From: Mesoplasma florum L1
Lineage (GTDB): Bacteria > Bacillota_I > Bacilli_A > Mycoplasmatales > Mycoplasmataceae
Direction of reading: 5' to 3'
Assembly (NCBI RefSeq): GCF_000008305.1
Contig: NC_006055.1
Coordinates: 750,001-782,000 of the forward strand
Length of the DNA: 32,000 bases
Shown: positions 1 to 10,994 of the stretch, in pieces
Numbering within the stretch: position 1 is the stretch's first letter
How the letters are laid out: each line of letters begins with the position of its first letter
Position numbers and translations under genes: made by a program
The notes under the pieces: model-generated
Database searches by the model: none
What the model saw: the letters and a program-made list of their open reading frames with translations, nothing else
Told to the model about the DNA's origin: nothing

Positions 1-603
1 TTCTAAAGTATCAAATGATAATCCTGTTCATCATTCAGGGTATTTTCCGTGAATGTTTCCGATTCCTGCTGCTAACATTGCAATTCCTGTTTTTGAAATT
101 TCTGCTGCTTGAGTTGGGTCACCTAATTCACCGTTTCCAACAACTCCATCTTCTTCTCCACCAATTGAACCAATTTCAGCTTCAACTGAAATTTCGTGTT
201 CATTAGCAAAAATTAATAATTCTTTAGTTTTTGCTAAGTTTTCTTCGTATGGTAAGTGTGATCCATCAAACATAACTGATGAGTAACCAGCTAAAATACA
301 TTTTTTAGCCATTTCAATTGATTGTCCGTGGTCTAAGTGTAATGCAACTGGCACAGTAATGTTTAATTCTTCTAATAAACCATTAACCATCCCAACAACA
401 GTAACTGGTCCACCCATATATTTAATAGCACCTTCACTTGTTCCTAAGATAACAGGTGTGTTTGAAGCTTGAGCTGCTTCTAAGATTGCTTTAGTTCATT
501 CTAAGTTATTAATGTTAAAGTGACCGATTGCGTATTTGTTTTCGTGTGCTGCTTTAACCATAGCTGTAGCATTAACTAATTTTTCATGATATAGTCTTGT
601 CAT
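1..603 (-). CDS. fba: Fructose-bisphosphate aldolase, class II (the C-terminal end runs off the left edge)
   Basis: ATG at 603-601 follows an AAGAGGA SD. The translation [66 protein letters not shown]...LHLDHG...GNIHGKYPEW is typical class II FBA. In-frame TGA (Trp) codons at 496-498 and 28-30 join the ORF pieces. Confidence 0.9.
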
Positions 604-634
604 TTATTTATCCTCTTTCTTTTACTTCTTTAAA

Positions 635-640
635 ATTATA
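635..640 (-). promoter_or_regulatory. Candidate -10 box (TATAAT) for fba
   Basis: The minus strand reads TATAAT about 32 nt upstream of the fba ATG. No good -35 is visible, and the AT-rich background makes such hexamers common. Confidence 0.3.
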
Positions 641-673
641 CAACTTTATAACTTTTAAACAAATAATTTTATA

Positions 674-1528
674 TTATCTTTTTGCTGTTCATTTAAATGT
701 AAAAGTTGTTAATGTAAATAATCCACCCAGAATCGCTAATGAACCTACTATTGGTTGTCAGCTTGATGTAAAACTATTCACAGCTCCTTGGAATGTTACT
801 TGAGTTCCTTGGTATGTTTCAGTTCATCCAGTTTTGCTAAATGAATACATATATAAGAATACCGGATATTTATGCGGGATAAAGTAAGTAAATATAACCA
901 TACCTTGACTTTTAAATAGTGACTCAGTTGGTAACATTATTCCAGATAAAAATATACTGAAAAAATACACCATCATTACAATTCCTTGTATTGACCCTGA
1001 TGAATTTGCAATACCCCCAAAAAGAGTTGCTAGTGCAATTGATGTTGCACAAATTAAAATAATTGATAATAATAAATATCCGATTTTAATTGAAGAAAAA
1101 GCTTTTAAGAATGAGTTTGAATCACCTGCGCCTAAAACAATTATACTTAGTATTGCATTAAATGATAAAACAACAATATAAAAGAATATTCCTGCTAATA
1201 AATACACCAGCCATATAGACCCTATAAACATGCTTTTTTTAACACCTGTTATATCAATTCTTTTTAAAAACACTGAGTTCTTTCACTCTACGATTGCAGG
1301 AGTAAGAGATGTTAAAACAGTAAGGCATGGAAGAAGTGCATAATTAAATAATGTTTTTCCTTCTTTTCCAAAAATAAAGAAAAACATAACTGAAAAAAAT
1401 ATTGGAACAACTAACATAAAAATAATACTTCTCGGTTCTTTAATAAATGATTTATAAACTAATAAAGTTAAATTTTTAAATATGCTTGATTGCTTTTTAA
1501 AATTAAATGTGTCAATTTTCTTAAACAT
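674..1528 (-). CDS. ABC-2 type transporter permease (multi-pass membrane protein)
   Basis: ORFs 1283..1528 and 824..1273 plus a tail down to TAA at 674-676 are in one frame, joined by TGA at 1283-1285, 824-826, 758-760 and 689-691. The protein is hydrophobic and multi-TM. Its ATG (1528-1526) overlaps the TAA of the upstream ATPase by 1 nt. Confidence 0.6.
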
Positions 1529-2232
1529 TATTTCAACTCTCCTTTAAAGAATAAATTCATTAAGTCTCTAACAGAACCATATTTTTTTATTACAGCAGAT
1601 ATTTTTTTGTCAAAAAATATCCCACCATCTTTAATTATTATTATTCGATCACATAATATTTCAACTTCTTCAGGATGATGCGAAACAAGCAATAATGTTT
1701 GTTTTGATTTTTTAACGTTTTCTCTAAAAAAGTCTGTAATTTTATATTGAAGTTCCATGTCCAATCCTGTTGTTAACTCATCTAATATAACAATCTTTGG
1801 ATTATTCATAACAGAAATCATAGCATTGAATCTTTGTTTTTGACCACCTGAAAGTTTTTTTAATGGTGTTTTAATAAATTCTTTAATATCAAAAACATCA
1901 GCAATTGTATTTTCTCATTCTTTTGTAAATTTAGGATATATACTTCTATAAAAAGCTAACATATCTAATGGTGTAATTCCAGCAGGTCAATCTCCTGTTT
2001 GTAATTGAATTCCAATTTCATTTTTAATGTTGCCTTCCAAGTTAATTTTTATTGTTCCTTTATCCGGATTGTTAAATTGAGCTATCATTTCAACTAAAGT
2101 TGTTTTCCCACAACCATTTGCACCCATGATCGCAACTCTTTCGCCTTCTTTAATATCAAGGTTTAAATTATTTAATACAACTTTATTTTTAAATGCTTTT
2201 TTTAAATTACTTATTTCAATTATATTTTTCAT
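1528..2232 (-). CDS. ABC transporter ATP-binding protein
   Basis: Walker A GANGCGKTT, signature LSGGQKQR and Walker B IVILDELTTGLD are present. The ORF pieces 1987..2232 and 1528..1821 are in the same frame and bridged by TGA codons. Confidence 0.85.
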
Positions 2233-2336
2233 AATGTCTCCTTTTCATATAAATATAATATTAGCACTATTAAGATAAATAGGAATACACAAAATAAAAT
2301 ATTAGTATAGAATCAATATAAATAAAAGGAGCAATT

Positions 2337-2849
2337 ATGAAACTTAAAGTTGTTAAACCTCAATGAGAACATATAGAAGAAATTTTAAATGCTTTAGAAG
2401 ATTTTAAAAAATATCCAAATGAAATTAAAGAAAACATTCAAGGTTCTTCAGATATACTTTCATTTGAAAGAATTGAAGATTGATTAGAGTTTGTTCATGA
2501 GGGTGTTGGAAATGCTGGATGAATGCCATTTAATCAATATCTTGCATTAGATGAAGAAAATAAAGTTATAGGTTTTATTAATTTAAGATTAAAACTTAAC
2601 GAATACCTTTTAAATTTTGGTGGACATATAGGTTATGGCGTAGTTCCTTCTCGTAGAAAACAAGGGTATGCTACAGAAATGTTAAAACAAACTTTAAAGA
2701 TTGCCAAAAAAGAAGGAATCAATGAAATTTTAATAACTTGTTTAGATTCTAACATTGCTTCTGAAAAAGTCATTTTAAACAACGGTGGAATTTATGAGGA
2801 CTCTAGAATTAATGGAGACAAAACCATTAAAAGATTTTGAATAAAATAA
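2337..2849 (+). CDS. GNAT-family N-acetyltransferase
   Basis: ATG at 2337 follows AAAAGGAG. The translation contains an acetyl-CoA binding-like core (GHIGYGVVPSRRKQGYATEMLKQTLKIAKKEGINEILITC). The TGA at 2838 is read as Trp and the true stop is TAA at 2847-2849. Confidence 0.65.
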
Positions 2850-2873
2850 AAAATCTCGCGAGAGATTTTTTTT
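2848..2873. terminator. Bidirectional intrinsic terminator between the convergent GNAT and pyrG genes
   Basis: The stem pairs AAATCTC (2851-2857) with GAGATTT (2862-2868) around a GCGA loop. It is flanked by an A-run on the left and a T-run on the right. Confidence 0.7.
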
Positions 2874-2874
2874 A

Positions 2875-4473
2875 TTATTTATTATTAACTATAGCTTCAA
2901 CAAAACCTTTGAACAATGGATTTGGTTTATTAGGTCTTGAAGTAAACTCTGGATGATATTGACTTCCAACAAAAAAAGGATGATTTGGTAATTCAATAAT
3001 TTCTACTAATTTTTTTTCTTCATAAATACCTGAAAACACTAAACCTTTTTCTTCTAATGCTTTTTTGTATTCGTTATTGAATTCATATCTATGTCTATGT
3101 CTTTCAAAAACTTCTCTACTTCCATAAAGTTTTTCTGCTTTTGTTCCTTCTTTAATTGTTGTTTTATAGAATGCTCCTAATCTTAATGTACCACCTAAAT
3201 TTTGAACATCTATTCCTCTAATGAAGTCAAAGATAGGAACAGCTCCTGAGTGATCAAATTCAGTTGAATTAGCTTCTGGTAAATTCAATCAATCTCTAGC
3301 GATTGAAATAGTTGCAATTTGCATCCCTAAACAAATACCTAAATACGGAATGCTATTTTCTCTAGCAAATTTAGAAGCTAAAATCATTCCTTCGATACCT
3401 CTGTCTCCAAAACCTCCAGGAACCAAAATACCTTTTGCATTTTGTAAAACTTCTTTATAGTTTGATTCATTTAATTTATCGGCTTGAATTCAATTGATTT
3501 TTAGTTTTCTTTTAAATTCATATCCTGCAATTTTTAAAGATTCGATAACTGATAAATATGCATCTTGTAATTCAATATATTTTCCTACAAAAGTAACTTC
3601 GAATTCTTCTTTTGATGCTTTTATTTTTTCACAGAATTTTATTCAAGATTCCATATCTGTTTTTTTAGTTCTAATTTGTAATTGATCTAAAACTAAACCA
3701 TGTAAATTTTGCTCATACATTTCTAAAGGAACTTCATATATTGATTCTTTATCAATTGCATCAATAACATTAGATGTTGGGATGTTACAAAATAATGAAA
3801 TTTTTTCTTTAATTTCTTTTGAAGAATGTTTATCAGTTCTTTGAACAATAATATCAGGTTGGATTCCTAAACTTAATAATTCTTTAACTGACATTTGAAT
3901 AGGTTTTGTTTTGTATTCTTTTGATGCATTTAGATATAAAAGTAACGCAACATGAATAAACACAACATTTTCTTTTCCTTGTTCCATTCTAATTTGTCTA
4001 ATAGCTTCAATGAATGGTTGAGATTCAATATCACCAACAGTACCACCAATTTCTGAAATGATAACGTCAGCTCCTGATGTTTTAGCAGCTTGGTAAACTT
4101 TGTTTTTAATTGAATCAGTTATGTGCGGAACTACTTGAATAGTTTGTCCGCCTCAATCCCCACGTCTTTCAGCATTAATTGTTTCTAAGTAAATTTTACC
4201 TGCTGAAGTTGAAGACATTTTTGTTAACTTTTCATCTATAAATCTTTCATAGTGACCTAAATCTAAATCAGTTTCTCCACCATCATCAGTTACGAAAACT
4301 TCTCCATGTTGATATGGGCTCATTGTTCCTGGGTCAACATTTAAATAAGGGTCAAATTTTTGCATAAACACTTTTAACCCGCTCGCTTTTAATAAATTAC
4401 CTAATGAACTTGCAGTAATTCCTTTACCTAAGCCAGAAACCACTCCACCTGTTACAAACACAAATTTTGCCAT
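2875..4473 (-). CDS. pyrG: CTP synthase
   Basis: The N-terminus [73 protein letters not shown] is diagnostic. The C-terminal glutaminase domain includes HRHRYEFN and SQYHPEF. Three ORF pieces are in one frame (533 codons), ending in TAA at 2875-2877. Confidence 0.95.
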
Positions 4474-4500
4474 AATACTATCTCCTTCTTTTTAAAAAAT

Positions 4501-4540
4501 AAAAAAAGTTGCTAAAACATAAAAGTCGCAACTTTTCTTT
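4501..4540 (-). terminator. Hairpin plus U-tract in the rpoE-pyrG intergenic region
   Basis: The minus-strand RNA reads GAAAAGUUGCGACUUUUAUGUUUUAGCAACUUUUUUU. It can form either AAGUUGC/GCAACUU followed by U7, or the smaller AAAAGU-UGCG-ACUUUU hairpin. Confidence 0.5.
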
Positions 4541-4545
4541 AATTA

Positions 4546-4962
4546 TTACATACTATCTTCTTCATCGTCATTGTAATAAATTGATGTTGAATCTTCTTCT
4601 TCCTCTTCGACAAAAAGGTCATCATAAACCTCTGGGTTTTCATCATCTTCATCTTCTGAAACCACTTCATCATTTTCATCATCAGATTCATTTTTTTTCT
4701 TTTTAACTGGTTTTGGGTCAAATTTTTTCTTGATGTCCTCAATTTTTGAGTCGTCGCTTAACGCTCATTCACCTTTAGTAGAAAGAGCGAATCTAACATC
4801 AAGAACTAAATCACTATATAAATCTGCAATAGCTTCATTTTCATCATTTTTGTGATTTATTGCTTTATCTTTGATTGATTCTCAAATAGCCATTAATTTC
4901 ATTGGACTTTTACGTTTTCTTAAAAGTTCATAAGCCAAGTCAATATTTGATAAACTTTCCAT
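4546..4962 (-). CDS. rpoE: DNA-directed RNA polymerase delta subunit
   Basis: I found this frame by hand; track ORF 4539..4742 is the wrong frame. The translation MESLSNIDLAYELLRKRKSPMKLMAIWESIKDK...DLYSDLVLDVRFALSTKGEWALSDD is followed by a long Asp/Glu tail (SDDENDEVVSEDEDDDENPEVYDDLFVEEEEED). The position upstream of pyrG matches Bacillus. Length is 139 codons, ending in TAA at 4546-4548. Confidence 0.8.
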
Positions 4963-4986
4963 TCTATTCACCCTTACTCTCTATAT

Positions 4987-6195
4987 TTACATTACTTCTT
5001 TTGGAAAAAAGTATTTTTTAATTGTTTTTTCATCTTCGATTAATTTAACTGTATTAGCCAATAAACTAAATTTAGTTAATGATTTTACCACATTGTTTTT
5101 ATCAACTATATAAATAGTTTGATCTTTGCCATCTGTTACACCATCTTTATAAATGCTAGGTTTTTTAACCTTAGGTTCAATAAAATAGTATTTAGGATCT
5201 TTGCCCTCTTCTTTTAATAAGGTTTTAATTTCTCTTATTTTAAATTCATCTGCCTCTTTTAATTTTAAGAAATTTCTATTAATTAATCGATCAGATAAAT
5301 CATTAAGAATATGGTCATTTTCTTTTTGACAACTTTTCATGATATCAAACATCGTGAAATCATCTAAAATTAAGTATAAATGTATTGGGATATTTTGTCC
5401 ATTAAAAATATAACTAAAATAATTATTTATTCTATCATCCAAAAATTTATACCCTTTTTCATTTAAATCAATAATTCTTTCAAATCAACTTATAAGTGTT
5501 ACATCAAAAGCTGTTGATATTTTATGTTCATAAACTTGCTTATACATGTGGTATCTTCCAAGTAAATATGACTCAATTGCATGAATTGTTTTTTTAGGGA
5601 ATACAATTTTGTCATCCATAATTCTAACATTTCTAATTAAAAATTCTGTATCTAGTGAAGAATAATTAACACCACAGTAATATGAATCTCTCATCAAGTA
5701 GTCTATTCTATCTGCATCTAATTGACTGCTAACTAATGAATTTAAAACTTTATTTGGATATTTACCTTCTAGTATAGCAATTATATCTTCAGGATCCACC
5801 TTGTGTTTTTTTAAAATTTTTGAAATGTTTCCTTCAGGATTTCTAATTATGTCAGCACTATATTCTTCATGACTTCTATTGCTTATTTTTTCAAATGTAT
5901 GAGAAAACGGACCATGACCAATATCGTGCATTAAACCTGCAAGTAAAACTATTTTCTTTTCTTTAGCTGATATTTTTTCAAAATCTGGTGCTTTAAGAAA
6001 TTGTGAAATGATATGGTAAACACCTAAACAATGAGTAAATCTTGTATGTGTTGCTCCAGCATAAGCAAATTGAGCTCCACCTAATTGAAGAATTCTTCTT
6101 AATCTTTGCATTTCTGGTGAATTAATTATTTCCATAAAAATCTCATCATGAATAAATATGTCACCGTGAATACTATCTCTAAAAACTTTTTCCAT
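4987..6195 (-). CDS. HD-domain phosphohydrolase (dNTP triphosphohydrolase-like, YwfO/SAMHD1 type)
   Basis: Supporting motifs are RFTHCLGVYH, LLAGLMHDIGHGPFSH and QLDADRIDYLMRDSYYCGV. ORFs 5485..6195 and 4987..5442 are in frame across a TGA (403 codons). Confidence 0.8.
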
Positions 6196-6204
6196 AATAA
6201 TTAC

Positions 6205-7653
6205 CTATTTAACCTTAGCTATGTTTGCTAAAACCTTATCTTTACCTAATAAATAAATAACATCAGCTAGTGAAGGACCATGTTCAGAGCTTGAAGAAGC
6301 AATTCTGATAGGCATAAATAAATCTTTACCTTTTTTACCAGTATTTTCGCTAACTAATTTAATTAAAGATTTAATATTTTCGATTTCTCATTCGTTTAAA
6401 GTAGATATTTGAGTTTCAAATTCTTTAATGACACTTTCATGCTCTTCAATTGTTTTCAATATTTCAATTGTTTCACTTGTAACATCAACTTCATTAAAGA
6501 ATATATTTAAATGATTATTGATTTGATCAGCAAACTCTAATTCTTTTTTAAATAAAAGTAAAACTTGATTTAATCAATCTTCAGATTTCTCTTTAGTATT
6601 AAACATTTCAGTATTAATGTATTTTTTAGTAAATTCTAAATATTCTTCTTCAGATAAGGCTTTCATATATTGAGAATTTATTCACTTCATTTTTGTCATA
6701 TCAAATGTTGAAGGAGATTTACTAAATCTTTTATCATCAAACATTGAAATTAATTCTTGCTTAGTCAACAATTCTTTTTCTCCAATTGGTGATCAACCTA
6801 ATAAAGAAATGTAATTAAACATTGCCTCTGGTAAATAACCTTGATTTTTATACTGCTCAATGAAAAATAATGCATTACCACTTCTTTTTGACAATTTTTT
6901 ACCTGTAGAATCAACAATTAATGACATATGTCCAAATTGAGGTGTTTCTCATCCAAAAGCTTGATAAATTAAAATTTGTCTTGGAGTATTTGAAATATGT
7001 TCTTCACCTCTTAAAACATGAGAAATTTCCATGTCAAAATCATCAACAACAACAGCAAAGTTATATGTCGCTATTTTATTAGTTTTTAAAATAACAAAAT
7101 CTCCTAACTCCTTAGAATCAAATGTAATTTCACCTTTTATAAAGTCTTTAATATTCAAAGTAGTTTCAGGAACTAAAAATCTAATTGAAAAATCTTTATT
7201 CGATTTTAAATTTGACTCAATTTCACTTTCACTTAATCTTGAGCACTTCCCAGAGTACTTAGTAGCAACTATGCCTTTTGCAACTTGATCTTCATAATCT
7301 TTTTCCAATTCTTCAGTTGTACAAAAACAACGATATGCTTTTTTTATTGAAATAAGTTTTTCAGCAAGTTCTTGATATCTACCAAATTTTTGAGATTGCA
7401 TGTACTTACCATACTTCTCTTCACCAGGTTTTAAAAATGATTCATCTGCATTTATTCCAAGCCAATTTAAGTTTTCAAATTGTGATTCAATTGCTCCTTC
7501 AACATTTCTTTCTAAATCAGTATCTTCTATTCTTACAATAAAATCACCATTATAATGTTTAGCAAATAAATAATTCATTAAAGCTGTTCTTGTGTTTCCA
7601 ATGTGTAAGAAACCAGTTGGCGATGGTGCATATCTTAATCTGAACTTAGTCAT
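6205..7653 (-). CDS. gltX: Glutamate--tRNA ligase
   Basis: The start [50 protein letters not shown] contains the HIGN class I motif. ATG at 7653-7651 follows AAAGGAG. The frame is open through several TGA codons down to TAG at 6205-6207 (483 codons). Confidence 0.95.
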
Positions 7654-7700
7654 GTATTCTCCTTTGTAATTTTCAAACTTTATATATTTTATCAATTTTT

Positions 7701-9458
7701 TTATTTGTTTGTTTTCTTTTTATCTTTTGACGCTTTTTTTAAGTTTTCTTTTTTTTCTTTATTTTCAATTAATGCTGTTAATTTTTTTTCTGATATTAAC
7801 TCTGTACCTTCTTCAAATAATAATTCATCTTTTGCAACAAGCGTAGCGGCAAAAATTCCACCAGTAACATTTGTTGCTGTTCTACCCATGTCAAATAAAC
7901 CATCAATAGCACCAAAAATTGCATAAACAGGAGCAAAGAAAGCTCCAAAACCAATTCCATTTAAAACTGCAGATGTTACAACAGTTGCAGTACCGGGAAC
8001 ACCAGCAATACCAATACTTGCAACAATTGTAGTAAATAGTCCTAATATAAAGAATGCAAATATGTTCATTGATGCAACAGTTTCAGAACCTGTGTATAAA
8101 ACAGAAGTAATTAATCCTGCTTGAACCCCAGCACAAGCAACAAGCCCAAGTGAAGTAGACAGTGGAGCTACTATGCTTGTTACCTTATCTTTAATTTTCA
8201 TGCCATTAGACAATGTGTCCATAGTTACTGGCAGTGTTGCATTTGAAGACTGTGTTGAGAAAGCTTGAACAAAAGGTCTTCAAGCATGTTTTCATCAAGC
8301 TTTAACATTAATTCCTGATAAGAATAAAATTAAAGTCATAACACCTAACATAATTATTAAACCTAAATATCCAACTCCTAATATTAAACCTATAGAAGCA
8401 AGTGCACCTATAGCTCTTGTTGTAATTGAAGTTGTCAACATGGCCATTACTGCTAATGGCATTATTTTCATAAATGTCATTAATATAGACATAACTATAT
8501 CTCAAGCTCTGTCCATGAAATTCATTAAATTATCCATTGACTCAGGATGTTTTTTTCTTACGAATGTTGTTGCATATCCAACCAATGCAGCAAGCACAAT
8601 AACGGGTATGATTGCTGTTGCTGATAATGTTGCAACGAAATTAGAAGGTATGTATCCCCAAATTATTTCTGGTAAAGCTTTAGAATCTGTTCTTCCAGAA
8701 CCACCAGGTATTTGTTGATCAAAATTTAATCCTTTACCAATTTTTAAAACGTATCCTATTCAGAAAGTAATTGTAAATGCAATAGCTACATTTATTAGTA
8801 AAATAGCTACAGCTTTTCCAGATATTCTTCCTAAACCTTTACTTCCAGGTTTAGCAACAACTCTAAAGATTGCAATAAATACAACTGGTATTGTAATTAA
8901 TAAAATACCATTAATAAATATTTGTCTTAACATTGATGCTCACGTATTAAATTCAATTATTCAATTTATTCCAGACTTTACTTCTGGTGAAAAAGAAATT
9001 GCTGAATTAAAAGCTACATTTGCTCCTTTAGCATCTTTAAATAAAGAAAGTTTTGTTAATCCGTTTATTATCGCTTCGTATCCGTCTAATCCAATTATTA
9101 ATTTTATTTGAACATAGTTACCTTTTATTTCAGCCATTCCTTCAAGATTTGGCTTTTCAATATAATATTCTGAAATATTTAATCAATTGCCATCAACAAG
9201 CGCCCAAGCTGATTGTCCATCATGTGAAAATCATGAACCTCCAGGGAAACCTATAATTGCTTGAATTGCTATACCAAATATTAAACCTATAGATATACCT
9301 ATAAATATTCTGTATACAAATTTAATTTTTATTTGTCTTAATCCATATCAAAACCCACCCATTAAACCAAAAAACAATACAATCGCTAAAAGTGATTGTC
9401 ATGTGCTTATGCTTAAAAAGTTTTGAAGGAATGTTTCTTTAAAACTGCTTAATAACAT
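7701..9458 (-). CDS. Dicarboxylate/amino acid:cation symporter (DAACS/GltP-SstT family) with an N-terminal insertion and a Lys-rich tail
   Basis: Core motifs are GVPGTATVVTSAVL and FDMGRTATNVTGG. All pieces (7701..8222, 8295..8492 and upstream) are in one frame of 586 codons. Start is ATG at 9458-9456. Confidence 0.8.
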
Positions 9459-9488
9459 TTTTATATCCTCTTTTTTCTTTTCTTAAAT

Positions 9489-10817
9489 TTATATTAACTT
9501 ACTTAAAGCAATATGAATAATATCTGTTGTTCTTGAAAACGGTGGAGAGTATGGCAAATCAATTTGCTCTAAAGTTTCGTCAACTTTACTTCTTGACCAA
9601 ATTAAACCAACTAATCCATAAATTCTTAAAACAGATTTATTTTTTCCTATCATTTGCACGTTAATAATTTCTTTAGTTTTAACATCTATGATTACTTTCA
9701 ATCATATATCTTCTTGCCCAGTTACATAATTAGTGTGATCCTTATCTTTAATTAAAACTTCTTTAGTTTCAATACTGTTCATATCAATAAACATTCTATT
9801 TTCACCAGTTCTCGCTAACTCTAAATCAAAGAATCTTATTATTGTTGTTCCTAATGCCCCAACAAATTTACTTGATTTATTTTTATTAACATTATTTGCT
9901 ATTATTTTTGCCTGTTTATTTGCCACTGTTGCTAAATAAAATGTTCTTGTGTTTTTATATAAATAACTTAAACTGCTACAACAATCTCCACCTGCGTAAA
10001 CATTAGGAATATTCGTTTCACAATATTCGTTAATTTTTATTGCACCATTATTTTCTAACTCTAAATCGGTATCTCTTAGAAATGAAGTATTTGGTATAAC
10101 ACCAATACTTAAAATAACCACATCACATTTTATTATTTCACCATTAATTGTTTTAGCTCCAGTTACTTTGCCATTATTATCTTTAACAAATTCTATAACT
10201 TCATTATTTTTAAACAGCTCTATTTCTTGATTTAAAATTTCTTTTTCTACTAATTCAGAAAATTCTTCATCAAATAAATTTTTTAACACTCTATCTGCTT
10301 TTTCAATAATTGATATTTTTGCTGCTGTACTATGTTTAATATTTTCAACCATTTCTAAACCAATTAAACCTGATCCTATTATTAAAACGTTACTATCATC
10401 ATTGATTGTTTTTCTAATTTCAATCGCGTCTTCTTTTGAATTAACAGTAAATATATTTTTGGCATCTATATTTTTAATTTCAGGAGTTATTGGTTTTGCA
10501 CCAACAGCAATAACTAAATTGTCATAAGATATCTGTGATTCTTCAAAAATAACCTTTTTATTTTCAAAATCGATTTTGTTTACTTTTGAATTACTAATAA
10601 CAGAAATCTGTGATTCTTCAAATTTTTCAATTTTTCTTGCGATCAAGGTTTCTGGATTTTCAAAATTATGACCTATATAATATGGTATTCCGCAAGCTCC
10701 AAGCGAAACATAATCCTTATCCTGAATAACAACTATTTCATTTTGTTCATTTAGTCTTTTAAGTTTAGCTGCAACACCCATACCCGTTGCTGAACCACCA
10801 ATAATAACAGTTTTCAT
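9489..10817 (-). CDS. FAD-dependent pyridine nucleotide-disulfide oxidoreductase (NADH oxidase / CoA-disulfide reductase family)
   Basis: The N-terminus has an FAD fold (MKTVIIGGSATGMG). A single redox-Cys motif (SLGACGIPYY), a second dinucleotide fold (VLIIGSGLIGLEM) and GGDC are present. Length is 443 codons, with one internal TGA at 9702. Confidence 0.8.
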
Positions 10818-10994
10818 TTTGCCTCCATTTTTGAAATTATTAATATTATAGTCCTATTTTTTAAAAAGTAAAAAGTTATTATAAAACTATAGTTTTAATT
10901 TAATAATATATATAAGCCTAAAATGAAAAAAATAAATTTTAGTTGAAATTATGTTTAGAAAAGGTTTAAATTAATCAATGAAAGAAGTGTGGAC

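Noticed and set aside
4539-4742. Minus-strand ORF MRTSRKNLTQNQLKRKKMNLMMKMMKW...
   Set aside because: This is the wrong reading frame of rpoE. The frame starting at 4962 gives a recognisable RNA polymerase delta subunit with an acidic tail and proper start, SD and stop.
8308-8505. Minus-strand ORF MRYSYVYINDIYENN..., which overlaps ORF 8295..8492.
   Set aside because: It is an alternative frame inside the symporter gene. The 8295..8492 frame is continuous with the conserved DAACS sequence, and this one is not.
10530-10623. A 17-nt direct repeat (atctgtgattcttcaaa) inside the oxidoreductase gene. It encodes FEESQIS twice, about 76 nt apart.
   Set aside because: It is short and in frame within an otherwise normal flavoprotein. 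This is most likely a chance or small ancient duplication, and I see no associated structure or mobile-element signature.
10922-10957. A small ORF, MKKINFSWNYV, in the divergent region between the oxidoreductase gene and topA.
   Set aside because: It has only 11 codons, no SD and no associated structure. It is indistinguishable from background in AT-rich intergenic DNA.
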